A DNA stretch of 62,943 nt, the filler included, from Circinaria calcarea (Eukaryota), in the NCBI GenBank assembly GCA_051942165.1. It is 56 parts of 56 records of this genome, joined end to end, with 100 filler letters (N's around TTAATTAATTAA, not from the genome) between each part and the next. Parts side by side here need not be neighbours in the genome. Positions count along the whole stretch, not along the records: positions 49,630 to 50,649 come from JAVECS010005481.1; positions 50,750 to 51,768 come from JAVECS010005482.1; positions 51,869 to 52,887 come from JAVECS010005483.1; positions 52,988 to 54,006 come from JAVECS010005484.1; positions 54,107 to 55,125 come from JAVECS010005485.1; positions 55,226 to 56,243 come from JAVECS010005486.1; positions 56,344 to 57,361 come from JAVECS010005487.1; positions 57,462 to 58,479 come from JAVECS010005488.1; 48 more parts are not named here. One strand, written 5' to 3'. The notes beneath the pieces were generated by a model. It was not told the origin of the DNA. It made no database searches and saw only the letters and a program-made list of their open reading frames with translations. The first letter of the stretch is position 1; every line of letters starts with the position of its first letter. A program made the position numbers and the translations under genes. Of this stretch, positions 49,631-60,813 are shown piece by piece.

Positions 49631-50026
49631 ATGAGCTCGCATCATCAATCTTCCATGGTCTCTACTATGGTTCACAAGCAATGGGGCACCCTCTTCGTTG
49701 GAGCGGCCCTGGCACGAGGCGTTACTTATATCCTCACTTACCTTTCACCGCCTGTGTCTCTATTACCATCCCGGCCTCCCTCCGAACTAGTCGTCTCATT
49801 CTGTCTGATATCCGGTGGCCTGCTCTTCATGGCAAGCAGTCGAGATATAGTCGCAAGCATGGAAGCATACGACTTAGACGCCATGTTTATATTCACAGTC
49901 ATGATGGGTCTGACAGCGTTCCTGATGGCGTGGACGATCATTGTGCTGGCAGTGAAGGGTTGGGCGGTTCGTCATTTCTACAAGCCGACATTACTATGGA
50001 GGCATATGCCATCCGACGTTGCCTAG
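49631..50026 (+). CDS. YTP1: YTP1-family integral membrane protein, C-terminus
   Basis: MSSHHQ..STMVHKQWG, PSRPPSELVVSFCLISGGLLFMAS. Confidence 0.85.
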   Translation: MSSHHQSSMVSTMVHKQWGTLFVGAALARGVTYILTYLSPPVSLLPSRPPSELVVSFCLISGGLLFMASSRDIVASMEAYDLDAMFIFTVMMGLTAFLMAWTIIVLAVKGWAVRHFYKPTLLWRHMPSDVA

Positions 50027-50820
50027 GTTCGAACCTGGCCCTGATGCATTTTATCTAGGTTCTCTGAAGCGTTTCAAGCGAAGCATTATAGAATTGGAGA
50101 GTATGTCGTAAGGGAGCGGCAGGATACCAAGGGTCTCAAGGATAAATTAATCTTCAAATAATCATCACGATTGTCAACAGTTCTGAGTTCACTAACTATG
50201 CTTGCACGTGTCGAGAGAATAGTATGGGCACCAATTTTAAATGCAACTATTGTCCTCTACTGGAAGTAAATTCGAGCAATCAGTCAATAATGCTGTAAAT
50301 GCGTGAGAAGAGGGGGAAATTCTAGTGATTCTCTCGAGGGCGCCCTGTGTTCTTCAAAACAATTGATGCCAAGACTGAGCTCGCCAAAACGAACAGCATC
50401 TCTCCTCAAAGCCTTGGGTCGAGCGGATCACCATGAGTAGCGAAGACGGTGCGAAGCTCCAGTATGGCCCTTAGACTACAAGCTCGTTCATCCCTTAGAG
50501 CGGATAAGAATCGTTGATACATTTGGAGTTCACGCGAATTGCTTGAAAGGATTCCTGACCTTGATGGCACCCACCCTACCTTCACTCAATCCCGCGAGGC
50601 TGCGATCTTATGTGTTCCGCCTACCCTTATTTACGCGTGTAATTCTGCTNNNNNNNNNNNNNNNNNNNNNNNNNNNNNNNNNNNNNNNNNNNNTTAATTA
50701 ATTAANNNNNNNNNNNNNNNNNNNNNNNNNNNNNNNNNNNNNNNNNNNNGGCGTAGGTGAAGCGCTCCATACTGTTTGGTCTCCGCTTGCCCCGTAGTAT
50801 TCTCTCCGCTCGAATTGGAC

Positions 50821-51768
50821 TCACTCTCTACTCTCCCTCCCCGGCCCTTCCCACATCCTCCTTAGTAACTCCTGCACCTCATCCACGCCATCTCTCTCAT
50901 CTTCACCATCTGCATCGAGAGAATCACCCATACCCCTTGACCCCCTGATATTGGAAGATCCAGATTCTTTCCCCTTTAGACCGTCATTATTCGTAATTCC
51001 GCTTTTTTTCCCGTCTCTACTTGAAGCGCGGCTCTTGCTGCCATCTCCACTCCCCGGTCTACTCTTTCTACCATCTTTACTCCCGGGCCGGCTCTCTGCC
51101 ACCGATCCCATGCCTCTACCACCTCCGCGTTCTGAATGGGCCGCCCTGACGTTTTTATTCGCCTGTTTAAGTATTCGTCCGACACCCTCAAGTACCGGGT
51201 TTCTGAACCGCCTCAAATGTCCCATTTCCCCTTCCGCAACTTCCGAAAGCCTGACCCTCTTCTCTGCCATCCCTAGCCCCATTATCGCAGTTGGTACTCC
51301 ACCGCCTGATAGCCCCTGGGAATGGGGTACGACTGACGCCTGAATAGGCTCGACATGTGTGCGAGAACGCCAGAGATCCAGTTTTGCTTGGGTGTTGCCA
51401 CCCGGTCTTTTGGGCTGTGGGAGCACGGTATATGACGGGGGTGAGGTGGAAATGATGTCCGGTGGTGGAGATAACAGATTTTGAGCTGATTGCGCGCGGC
51501 GTACATTATCGAGTTCTGGTGCAGGGGAGCGAGTGCGGTCGATATTGGATTGCGGAGCATGAGAAGCGATAGTATTGTCAAGTTGACCAACAGAGATCGT
51601 GGTGGCGCTTCCGGAGGACGTAGAACCCGTAGGAGCAAGGAAGCGTGAGATGCCATTGGAGGGCATGGAAGGTTCGTTGCGGGGGGTGGAGTCCTGGCTT
51701 TGCATTGCAGGTGGAGTGTGGGTGCTTACGGTACTGGTGGCCGAGACCGACGAAATTCTAGGAGCGAG
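50821..51768 (-). CDS. Ser/Pro-rich protein, Tco89 (TORC1 subunit)-like C-terminus
   Basis: NTQAKLDLWR, LRRFRNPVLEGVGRI and ELLRRMWE resemble fungal TCO89-domain motifs. Confidence 0.5.
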   Translation of the reverse strand, partial: LAPRISSVSATSTVSTHTPPAMQSQDSTPRNEPSMPSNGISRFLAPTGSTSSGSATTISVGQLDNTIASHAPQSNIDRTRSPAPELDNVRRAQSAQNLLSPPPDIISTSPPSYTVLPQPKRPGGNTQAKLDLWRSRTHVEPIQASVVPHSQGLSGGGVPTAIMGLGMAEKRVRLSEVAEGEMGHLRRFRNPVLEGVGRILKQANKNVRAAHSERGGGRGMGSVAESRPGSKDGRKSRPGSGDGSKSRASSRDGKKSGITNNDGLKGKESGSSNIRGSRGMGDSLDADGEDERDGVDEVQELLRRMWEGPGRESRE

Positions 51769-51971
51769 NNNNNNNNNNNNNNNNNNNNNNNNNNNNNNNN
51801 NNNNNNNNNNNNTTAATTAATTAANNNNNNNNNNNNNNNNNNNNNNNNNNNNNNNNNNNNNNNNNNNNCCAAATCGACCATTTGGATAAATTGCCCAGCC
51901 TCAGCTCATGAAATCAGCTTATGGAGACACCTCATGGCGCGAAAAAAATGCTCACCGCTGTCCCCTAGTTA

Positions 51972-52082
51972 CGAAGGAGTTCGTATTTAGTCTTCCACTA
52001 TGGTATGGGCCACCAATATATGGTGGGGATTTTCGCTTAATTCCGCCCGCCCAGAGTCGAAGACTAAATACGAACTCCTTCG
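51972..52082. mobile_element. 111-bp Tc1/mariner-type MITE
   Basis: Perfect 24-bp TIR CGAAGGAGTTCGTATTTAGTCTTC with TA on both flanks. Confidence 0.85.
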
Positions 52083-52987
52083 TATACGTTGAACATACAG
52101 CGTGAAACGCGCATGACTTGCCTGACTTGACGTGCTTCTTTGACGAAAGCAGTAGGCAAAGGCCTCTATATATACAGCCGCACAACGTGACTTGCCACAC
52201 CGCCGCCACTGCCGTTTAGCCGCAATGCCCCACACGCTAAAATTTCAACGGTATACGGGCATCGGATGGTTCTCAGCCAGCTACTCTTTCGGTGACGACT
52301 TTCCTTATCTCTCGCCTGCCTGTCGTTTCCGCCTTTGAAAAACCCGAAAATCGGAGAAGGTACCTCGGCCAGGTATAGGAGATAGGCTGTATATCGACGT
52401 GGGTGGATGGGAATGCGGATTAGATATACTGACTGCGTGAAGAAGCCAGAAGGCAGGGCTAAAAAGTCTCCAAACATGTTAATGCCTCTCCAAGTTTTGT
52501 TCATTCTTATGCTTCCTCGCACATGACGCTTTGCATGCCTTCACGACTCGCCAGTACGAGTACCGCACTCTCCGGCGCAAAGGCTCACTACCGGAGTACA
52601 ATAACATCGAGCTCAGGACGCCAAACCTAGAGAAAGGGACTTTCGACCTTGGGGGCCTAAGGCGTGGAAGATCAAGAGTATGTGAAAGATCAATAGTGTG
52701 ACTATCTAGCAAGTGCCCCGCATCAGATTTAGCCTAATCATAAAGCCACCCTTCCCTAGGTACTTCTCGTTTAACAGAGCTGACAGCATGAAAGTGTACT
52801 GTCCCAAATTGTGTCGCTAGCTATGCCTGCCCTTCAACCTCATAGGCTAATCAGTCATGGACCATCATCTACTTCCCAAGAACCCCTNNNNNNNNNNNNN
52901 NNNNNNNNNNNNNNNNNNNNNNNNNNNNNNNTTAATTAATTAANNNNNNNNNNNNNNNNNNNNNNNNNNNNNNNNNNNNNNNNNNNN

Positions 52988-54006
52988 GATATTGGTGAAT
53001 CATATGCTGGACTCCTTCCCATCTCCAGCGCCGTCAACGAGACTCGTCAACTCTATTTCTGGTTCTTTCCATCCGAGAATCCTGCCGCCTCGGACGAGAT
53101 CACCATCTGGCTCAACGGTGGCCCAGGCTGTAGCTCGCTCGAAGGTCTCCTCCAAGAAAACGGACCCTTTATCTGGCAGTACGGCACGTTTGCGCCTGTC
53201 GCGAATCCATATACGTGGGTGAACCTTACCAATATGGTCTGGGTCGAACAACCAGTTGGTACAGGATTCTCACAAGGGGTTCCGTCGGTAACAAGTGAGG
53301 CCGATGTCGCCAGTCAGTTTCTGGGTTTCTTCAAGAATTTTGTCGACACCTTCGCTCTACAGGGCCGGAAGGTATACATTACGGGGGAGAGCTATGCTGG
53401 ATACTACGTCCCGTATATTGCCGACGCCATGTTCAATGCCAACGATACGGAGCATTTCAATATTGAATCAATTATGATCTATGATCCTTCGACCAGTACG
53501 GATGTTGTGCAGCAAGAAAGTAGGTCAGGTGGAGTAAATTTACCCGATGAATGCTAACGGGCTTGTCAGTTCCTGCCGTTCCCTTTGTGGACTATTTTAG
53601 CCCCCTCTTTTCACTAAACGCATCATTCATGGCAGATATCCACAACCGCTCCGATTCTTGCGGTTATACTGCTTTCCTTAACGATTACCTCGTGTTTCCT
53701 CCTGCCGGTCCTTTACCAAGTCCACCCAACTCGAGCGTAGATGGATGTGCCTTATGGAATGATATCTTCTCTGCCGTTCTTGAGATAAATCCCTGTTTCG
53801 ACATCTACCAGGTCGCCACTACCTGTCCTCTCCTTTGGGATGTCCTTGGCTTTCCTGGTTCTTTCAATTATCTTCCAGCCGGTGCGTCGATCTACTTCAA
53901 CCGAACTGACGTGCAAAAGGCAATCAATGCGCCTATGCAGCAATGGGAAGAATGCTCTAGTCAAGATGTGTTTGTCAATGGCAGCGACAAATCTCCACCT
54001 AGTGGA
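52988..54006 (+). CDS. Serine carboxypeptidase (S10), internal fragment; intron 53520-53569
   Basis: [32 protein letters not shown] catalytic Ser, [13 protein letters not shown]. Confidence 0.95.
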
Positions 54007-54106
54007 NNNNNNNNNNNNNNNNNNNNNNNNNNNNNNNNNNNNNNNNNNNNTTAATTAATTAANNNNNNNNNNNNNNNNNNNNNNNNNNNNNNNNNNNNNN
54101 NNNNNN

Positions 54107-54375
54107 ATGCTTATAGACCGTGTTCAATAGACTCCATACTATTGAGCCTAGGGCAACAGATCGACTACACCCTATGTAACCGTGCTATCACCAATCGGGA
54201 CTTAACATATTCCTCATTAGGCCCCAAGGATTGCAGCGCCCTTACATTATAAGCATCATCTCTTGAGGATACGGTTGAGTACAGACTTGCGTTTTGTATC
54301 AACGTCATGGCAGGTCCAACTAGTCCAGCGCCGTCTCAGGTAGGAGCCACCTCAGCAGCAAGACCTAACACCTAA
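54107..54375 (+). mobile_element. 5' LTR end (family A, to 54246), PBS region and possible gag start
   Basis: LTR end CTTACA followed by TTATAAGCAT; ATG at 54307 (MAGPTSPAPSQVG..) ending at TAA. Confidence 0.75.
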
Positions 54376-54384
54376 AGCAATAAT

Positions 54385-54470
54385 TTAACTATACCTTATA
54401 TAACCGTGCTATTATCAATCGGGACCTATTATATTCTTTAATAAGCCCCAAGGATTACAGCGCCCTTACA
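54385..54470 (+). mobile_element. Partial LTR 3' end (family A)
   Basis: AACCGTGCTATTATCAATCGGGAC...GCGCCCTTACA. Confidence 0.8.
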
Positions 54471-54646
54471 CTCCGGGAGAAACTAGCTCCGGAAAGGAGG
54501 AACTTTCTTATAAAAATATTGCCCTAAAAATTCTATATTAACACCACGAATTAAATTGGGTCGGGTTTTACCTCTTAGAACCCAACCTATTTAGAATTAA
54601 ATTTTAACGGGGTTAAATTAAAACTTTAACCCGTTTTTCGGATCGG

Positions 54647-55016
54647 TGTTATGGCGCCACGCCATACCAGTTGCGCTAAACCCCAAGAAGCCTACCGTCG
54701 GGACGGAGGAACCCGACACCGGTGCTCAGAGTGCTCAGGAGCACTTGGCACCAGAGCCATCTGAGCATAGCAGGCAGCATGCTCAGAGTGCTCAGGAGGA
54801 TCAGAGGGTTGAGCCATCTGAGCCACCTGAGCAACTATAGTATATAGCAGGCTATTCCCGTTCACTTAGAATAGCATGCTTATAGACCGTGTTCAATAGA
54901 CTCCATACTATTGAGCCTAGGGCAACAGTTCAACTACACCCTATGTAACCGTGCTATTATCAATCGGGACCTATTATATTCTTTAAATAAGCCCCAAGGA
55001 TTACAGCGCCCTTACA
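54647..55016 (+). mobile_element. Full LTR (family A)
   Basis: TGTTATGGCG...GCGCCCTTACA, TATA near 54841. Confidence 0.9.
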
Positions 55017-56018
55017 CTCCGGGAGAAACTAGCTCCGGAAAGGAGGAACTTTCTTATAAAAATATTGCCCTAAAAATTCTATATTAACACCACGAATTAA
55101 ATTGGGTCGGGTTTTACCTCTTAGANNNNNNNNNNNNNNNNNNNNNNNNNNNNNNNNNNNNNNNNNNNNTTAATTAATTAANNNNNNNNNNNNNNNNNNN
55201 NNNNNNNNNNNNNNNNNNNNNNNNNGGGGAGGATGTAAGGGTTTTTTTTTTTTTTTTTTTAATTATATCATCGTAGGTAAAAGGGCGGGGGGTTTGGATA
55301 CGGTAATTGTATTGTACCTATTAACCTTGGAACTCACATTCATGCAATCTCTATGCCCATGCCCACGCTCATGCAGCTTAAGACATGGATGATGCGGGGA
55401 GACCGAGAAGAAATTTCAGAAATTCAAGAATTCAAGAAAATTCCTATAATTTTTTTATATTTTCCCCCCTCTTCTACTCGTTACTCGTTACTCTGGTTGA
55501 GTAGAGTAGAGTAGAGTAGAGTAGAGTAAGTAGGTAGGTACCATCCATACCTTGATTCCCGTTCACCACACATCTTTTTGGTACTGTTGGAAAGTTAAAA
55601 ATAAAAGGTAGGATAGGAAGGGTTAGAATTAACCAAGCTATGCTGCTGAGAGATAGATGCACGTATTTGGAAAAAGGAGGGAGTTCACAGCCGGTTTTGG
55701 TTTTTGATTTTTCCAAAATGGGGATTTCATTATGCAATCCATTTTTTTTTATCCTAGGTACACAATTGCAAACTGGTACCTTAATAGTCTACTATGCACC
55801 CTATCCTGATCCCAATGCTTCTCTCCTTCCCACATCTTTAAAAACGCCTTGAAAATGCATGCGATTTCTTCATGGAGAAGAAAAGAAGGGATGAGACCAC
55901 CGCGGTGGTCTACTGTAAAAACAATAGTAGTCGGGCATCGATAACACACAAGAGCGGTGATGGCGAGGCGATGTGAATGTACAGAAAACAGAACAAGAAC
56001 GGAAATAAGAACAAGGAT

Positions 56019-56243
56019 CTAAAAATCCTCATCAAAGTTAAAGTCCCCCCCATTCTCATTCTTATTCTCAACCGCCTCGCCCATAGACTCCTTCTTCGTA
56101 GTGCTGGCCATCACGCCCGCTTTCTGATAATCACCGACGCGTTTTTCAAAAAAGTTGGTCTTGCCGGCAAGGGATATCGATTCCATGAAATCGAACGGGT
56201 TGGTTGAGTTGTAGAACTTTTGATTGCCGAGGGCGACGAGGAG
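56019..56243 (-). CDS. RNR2: Ribonucleotide reductase small subunit, C-terminus
   Basis: [51 protein letters not shown]. Confidence 0.96.
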   Translation of the reverse strand, partial: LLVALGNQKFYNSTNPFDFMESISLAGKTNFFEKRVGDYQKAGVMASTTKKESMGEAVENKNENGGDFNFDEDF

Positions 56244-57461
56244 NNNNNNNNNNNNNNNNNNNNNNNNNNNNNNNNNNNNNNNNNNNNTTAATTAATTAAN
56301 NNNNNNNNNNNNNNNNNNNNNNNNNNNNNNNNNNNNNNNNNNNCCAAACGAGGAACACATGCGACGGGGGAAATGCGCAGAAGCACTGGGGGAAGCCAAG
56401 CTTCTCGGTTAAGTGGATAGCGTGGGTTCAGTCTATGGAGTTATCTAAAACTTGGCTCCGCTTGGGCAAGGAAACGGGGAAGAAAGGGACATCCTTCTCG
56501 GTTAAAGGATTGCATGCTTATAAATCGACCTTAATTCCGTTCCCGTCAGGCGCTGCGCTTAGGGGGTGGCGATATCTCGTTTAGTTGGCGTTTTGGCGTA
56601 TGATGAAAAACCTTTCACTCGCATACTTTTTTTCTATAATGATTAGTTCTCGCGTATAGCCATTGTATTGCTCGTGCCTCACATTACCACATACCTTAGC
56701 CTTAGATACTTTTCAAGTAAAGTACTCTACGGTCTCACAATTTAGAATATCGTGAAAAAAAAGCCGCTATCTTGAACGATAAATATTTTACTTTCTAGGC
56801 GGGGATCCCATTTGGATTCTCGGGGGGATTATTATTTATTGGCTTTATGAATCAATCAATCATCTAACAGCTACTCACTGTGACGCATCGTCTAACCCCC
56901 TTGCAGGGGTCGCTAAAAAAAAGAAGCCCACCCCCCCCAAAAAAGCGCATATACTTTTGAGAGACCAACAGTAAAAACCCTCTGAAAAAGAAAAGTCGAG
57001 AATATATATCCCTTTTCGACTCACAGAATAATTCCACCGGGATTGCTATGTAAGCGGTATTCGTAACACAGAAAGGCCCCCTTTCCCCTTTCTCGACCTA
57101 CTTATACCTATAAAAGTAGATAAGCTGAGTCCTAAGCCCCGCTAATAGTACATACCGGTACAGTGTGCAGTGGCAGAGCGGTAAACTGCATTGTTTACTG
57201 TTTTGGCATAGGGGCCCTCCGCACTGGTCTTAATCAGTACAGCCAGTACCCACCGCTAGTATACCTCCCCTCGTCAAAACAGGGGCAAACAGGGCCAAAC
57301 AGCCACGATCATCAGGCATTAAGCCCCTCGGAGGACCCCGCGGGGGCGGGGACGCTAAAAANNNNNNNNNNNNNNNNNNNNNNNNNNNNNNNNNNNNNNN
57401 NNNNNTTAATTAATTAANNNNNNNNNNNNNNNNNNNNNNNNNNNNNNNNNNNNNNNNNNNN

Positions 57462-57576
57462 CCTCCGTAACTACATCCCTGACGATGTTTTTGAGTTGGA
57501 GCCTGTCGAACAGGCTCAATGGAGACCCTAAGACGCCCGCCGCGAAAAGGGCAAAAAGAGGGATCGAGGAATGCAT
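57462..57576 (-). CDS. Secreted protein N-terminus
   Basis: Signal peptide MHSSIPLFALFAAGVLGSPL; TATA-like element upstream. Confidence 0.55.
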
Positions 57577-58579
57577 CTTCTTGTACAAGAGGCTGAATGT
57601 CAGTTCCGGCTGTTTCTAGTTCCTAACTGCGAATGGCTATGATATCAGCTGTCGGAAAGTCTTGAAGGTAAAAAATAACGGTATGGCAAACGAAGGCAGC
57701 AAGACTGTGGCTTGCAAGTGGAAAATATATATAAATGAACGGATGGTCTGACAAGCAGAGCACAGACTGGATCGACGACACTGAAAGAAGGGAGTGTACA
57801 GAACTCGAAGCAGAAGGACGGAAGGCAGAGAGGGACAAGGCACGCATATAGGTAACTCAGGGGGCGGATTGATATCCTGGATAGTGAGATGCCGCCATGA
57901 CAACGCAATCAGGCGCTCCGCCAAGGACCACGGAGATGGACGGGCGGTGGTCGCACGACTGGACGTCCCGCTCTCGGTGTTGGCTACTCTGAGGTTTTCG
58001 GAACCTTGAAGCCTGAGGACGGGATATTCAGCGACGAGTCGATGGCATTTATCTCCACATTATGACTTGTCCTACTGTATGCGATGCACGGGATTGCCCC
58101 GGACGCCCGCACAGTAGGGAGATTGAAGTCTCGGGGATGAGACGATCGAGCCATTGCAGTGTGGATGCCACTGGATGGTGAAGCGCTGAGATGGACTATT
58201 TTGTTTCATCATCTTCCTCCTGCAATTACAGTGCTGCGGGGATGAAGCAGGAGGAGTTGGAAGGATCAGATGAAAGGAGAACGACTAAAGTCCCCGACTA
58301 TTCGCCAAGGGAGGCCATTACGTAAAAGCAAAGCACATCATCGGCACCCGGTAAGAAATTCGGCCCGCTCGCCAATAAGACCTAATCGATTTAAAAGAAG
58401 TGCAATTTGCCATTCCTCGTACCACCCCCTATTACTTTCGTCGTCAAGTCAGAGGAGTCCGCAATCCCACAGGAAACTTNNNNNNNNNNNNNNNNNNNNN
58501 NNNNNNNNNNNNNNNNNNNNNNNTTAATTAATTAANNNNNNNNNNNNNNNNNNNNNNNNNNNNNNNNNNNNNNNNNNNN

Positions 58580-58709
58580 GCAGCTCCAGGTCGATGGTCA
58601 AGCTGCGGGCAGCATCATAGAGTTTCTTGCGTGACGAGTCATCCTTTGGCGCGTTCTTGCCAACAGACTCGAGCTGAGCAATGAGTGCTGACACGTCTGG
58701 AGTAGCCAT
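58580..58709 (-). CDS. Probable O-methyltransferase (fungal class II), N-terminus
   Basis: MATPDVSALIAQLE..RKKLYDAARSLTIDLE resembles the OMT dimerisation helix; the catalytic domain is not visible. Confidence 0.55.
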
Positions 58710-59235
58710 TCGGAGGGAGAATTTCACTGAGTACTTTTGTAATCAAACGAAAAATGGGAGTTTCAGCCTGTGATGGCAGACGAGGACGAAGGAAGTTGAG
58801 TGAATTGAGAAGGCCATGTCATATAAGTTGTGGCATAAGTATAGGTATGTTACACACGAGGCTGGCAGCCTGCTGTATTGTGCATATTTACACCATTAGG
58901 AACCCTAAAGCAAGTTAGCGGCATGGGGCGGCGTCCGAGACAAGTTGACATGGTGGACAGCCTCTGAGGTATCATTGATTCGGGTATTGAATTATGTTAC
59001 TATAATACACCACGCTATCGGTTTTGCGTACATTACTCAATTGGTAGTATACTCGGTATCGTATTACCCAACGAGCACTTACCACAAGGTATTTAATACC
59101 AAATTGTGGAACATAAAGAATCTACCATCGAGGAAACACATGTAATTCGATCTCATGTCTCCAAATCTTGCAATCCAGAGGACTATACTTGACTAGAGCA
59201 TGAACGGACTTAAACGCGATCGACTATCGACCGCC

Positions 59236-59596
59236 TTAACCCTCAGAAAGTCTGCTTAAGTATTCGGCGGACAAGCCACACAATATGCTTCCTCCAACAG
59301 ACCAAGTTCCATTCTTGAACCACCACCAACATTCATTCGGCTGTCTCAAATCTACCTTGCCCAGCATGATCATCAATGAGACAGCAGCACCCAGGAGCCC
59401 CAAGAAATACATGTAGCCTGCATTTATAAAAGTACCTGCAGCGCCAAGTAAGCACAATTGCACAAGAGCAAAGCCAAAAAGCACAGCTTCGGCGGCATGT
59501 TCATAACGAACTGCCATTGATCCTATCCCTGCCCCGATATCGTCTTTGATATCTTGAAATTGATAAATAGTCTCGTAGACAACCGTCCAGCTAGCA
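59236..59596 (-). CDS. UbiA-family aromatic polyprenyltransferase, C-terminus
   Basis: WTVVYETIYQFQDIKDDIGAGIGSMAV (second Asp-rich motif), TM helices, VDLRQPNECWWWF. Confidence 0.88.
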
Positions 59597-59696
59597 NNNN
59601 NNNNNNNNNNNNNNNNNNNNNNNNNNNNNNNNNNNNNNNNTTAATTAATTAANNNNNNNNNNNNNNNNNNNNNNNNNNNNNNNNNNNNNNNNNNNN

Positions 59697-59850
59697 CTTT
59701 CTTCTTTCTTCTTTCTTCTTTCTTCTTTCTTCTTTCTTCTTTCTTCTTTCTTCTTTCTTCTTTCTTCTTTCTTCTTTCTTCTTTCTTCTTTCTTCTTTCT
59801 TCTTTCTTCTTTCTTCTTTCTTCTTTCTTCTTCTTCTTCTTCTCTTCTTC
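59697..59850. repeat. (TTTCTTC)n tandem repeat
   Basis: Directly visible. Confidence 0.92.
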
Positions 59851-59860
59851 CTCTTTCTTG

Positions 59861-60133
59861 ACCCAGCCCTACGCCACCCAACTCGTACTCGACGCCTTCG
59901 GAATAGCTTGCGAGCGGGGGACCCTGACGGAGGATATCACCAAGGAAGTGCTGGAGGGGTTTCTAAGTGGCTTTGGTAGAGCGTTCTACAGAGCGCATGA
60001 TAAGAAGGCTGAACGGATTGTGCTGCTGAGGGGAGATGAAGTTATTGCGGACGTGGTGACGGGGGAGGAGAGCGGAAAAGGGGTTGGGGTACAGATTATT
60101 CCGTTTCGAGGGGGAAGGGGACGTGCAGTTTGA
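59861..60133 (+). CDS. URA4: Dihydroorotase, C-terminus
   Basis: TQPYATQLVLDAF..LEGFLSGFGRAFY..RIVL..QIIPFR. Confidence 0.7.
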   Translation, partial: TQPYATQLVLDAFGIACERGTLTEDITKEVLEGFLSGFGRAFYRAHDKKAERIVLLRGDEVIADVVTGEESGKGVGVQIIPFRGGRGRAV

Positions 60134-60813
60134 GGTGGGAAGCGTGGATTTTTACATGCGTACGTACGTGTGCACTGGCATTTGCCTTTACCCCTTTTTG
60201 AAAATATTCTTCGGAAAAAAAAAATTCCGCGTGGTACCTAAAGATTCCAAGAGTCAGAAGAGTGCGGGGCTTTCCTTAGGTTTCGCTAGGTTCCCGAACA
60301 GAAAAGCTAGCTGGCTTTCAGATATAAATCCCCCCTCCCAACCACCCAAAAAAAAAAGATAATTCAAACAACCCACCACCACCATCAAATCTTACCTACA
60401 TGCACATGCACCCGTGTTCCGTGGTCCGTGGTCCGTGACTTTTGCTGAGAATTCAACCGGACCCCCCTCGGAGACTCCCGGGAGTTAGAGAATTCCTCCA
60501 AAAAAAGGCCAAACCGGAAGAATACCCTTTTCCGCCGTCGTTCTTTACCCTCGCCCTGAAGTCTCTCGCCAGAAATTTTCGGGATCCCGGGGCCTGGGAC
60601 ACGGGACACGGGACACGGGACCTGGGAAATCCAATTTCCGTCCTCCCAATCTAATTTCCCCAACAACACATACGCCGGGGCCCGGGGCCCGGGGCCCGGA
60701 ACGAGGGTGAGGGNNNNNNNNNNNNNNNNNNNNNNNNNNNNNNNNNNNNNNNNNNNNTTAATTAATTAANNNNNNNNNNNNNNNNNNNNNNNNNNNNNNN
60801 NNNNNNNNNNNNN

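Noticed and set aside
50024..50039. GGTTCGAACC T-loop-like hairpin as a tRNA
   Set aside because: No D arm, anticodon arm or acceptor stem; overlaps the YTP1 stop codon
56344..57361. Possible ncRNA (telomerase RNA, snRNA) in a non-coding contig
   Set aside because: No full CTAACCCTAA template or recognisable snRNA motif; an Rfam scan would be needed
59645..59881. EERRKKK repeat ORF
   Set aside because: Translation of the 7-bp tandem repeat
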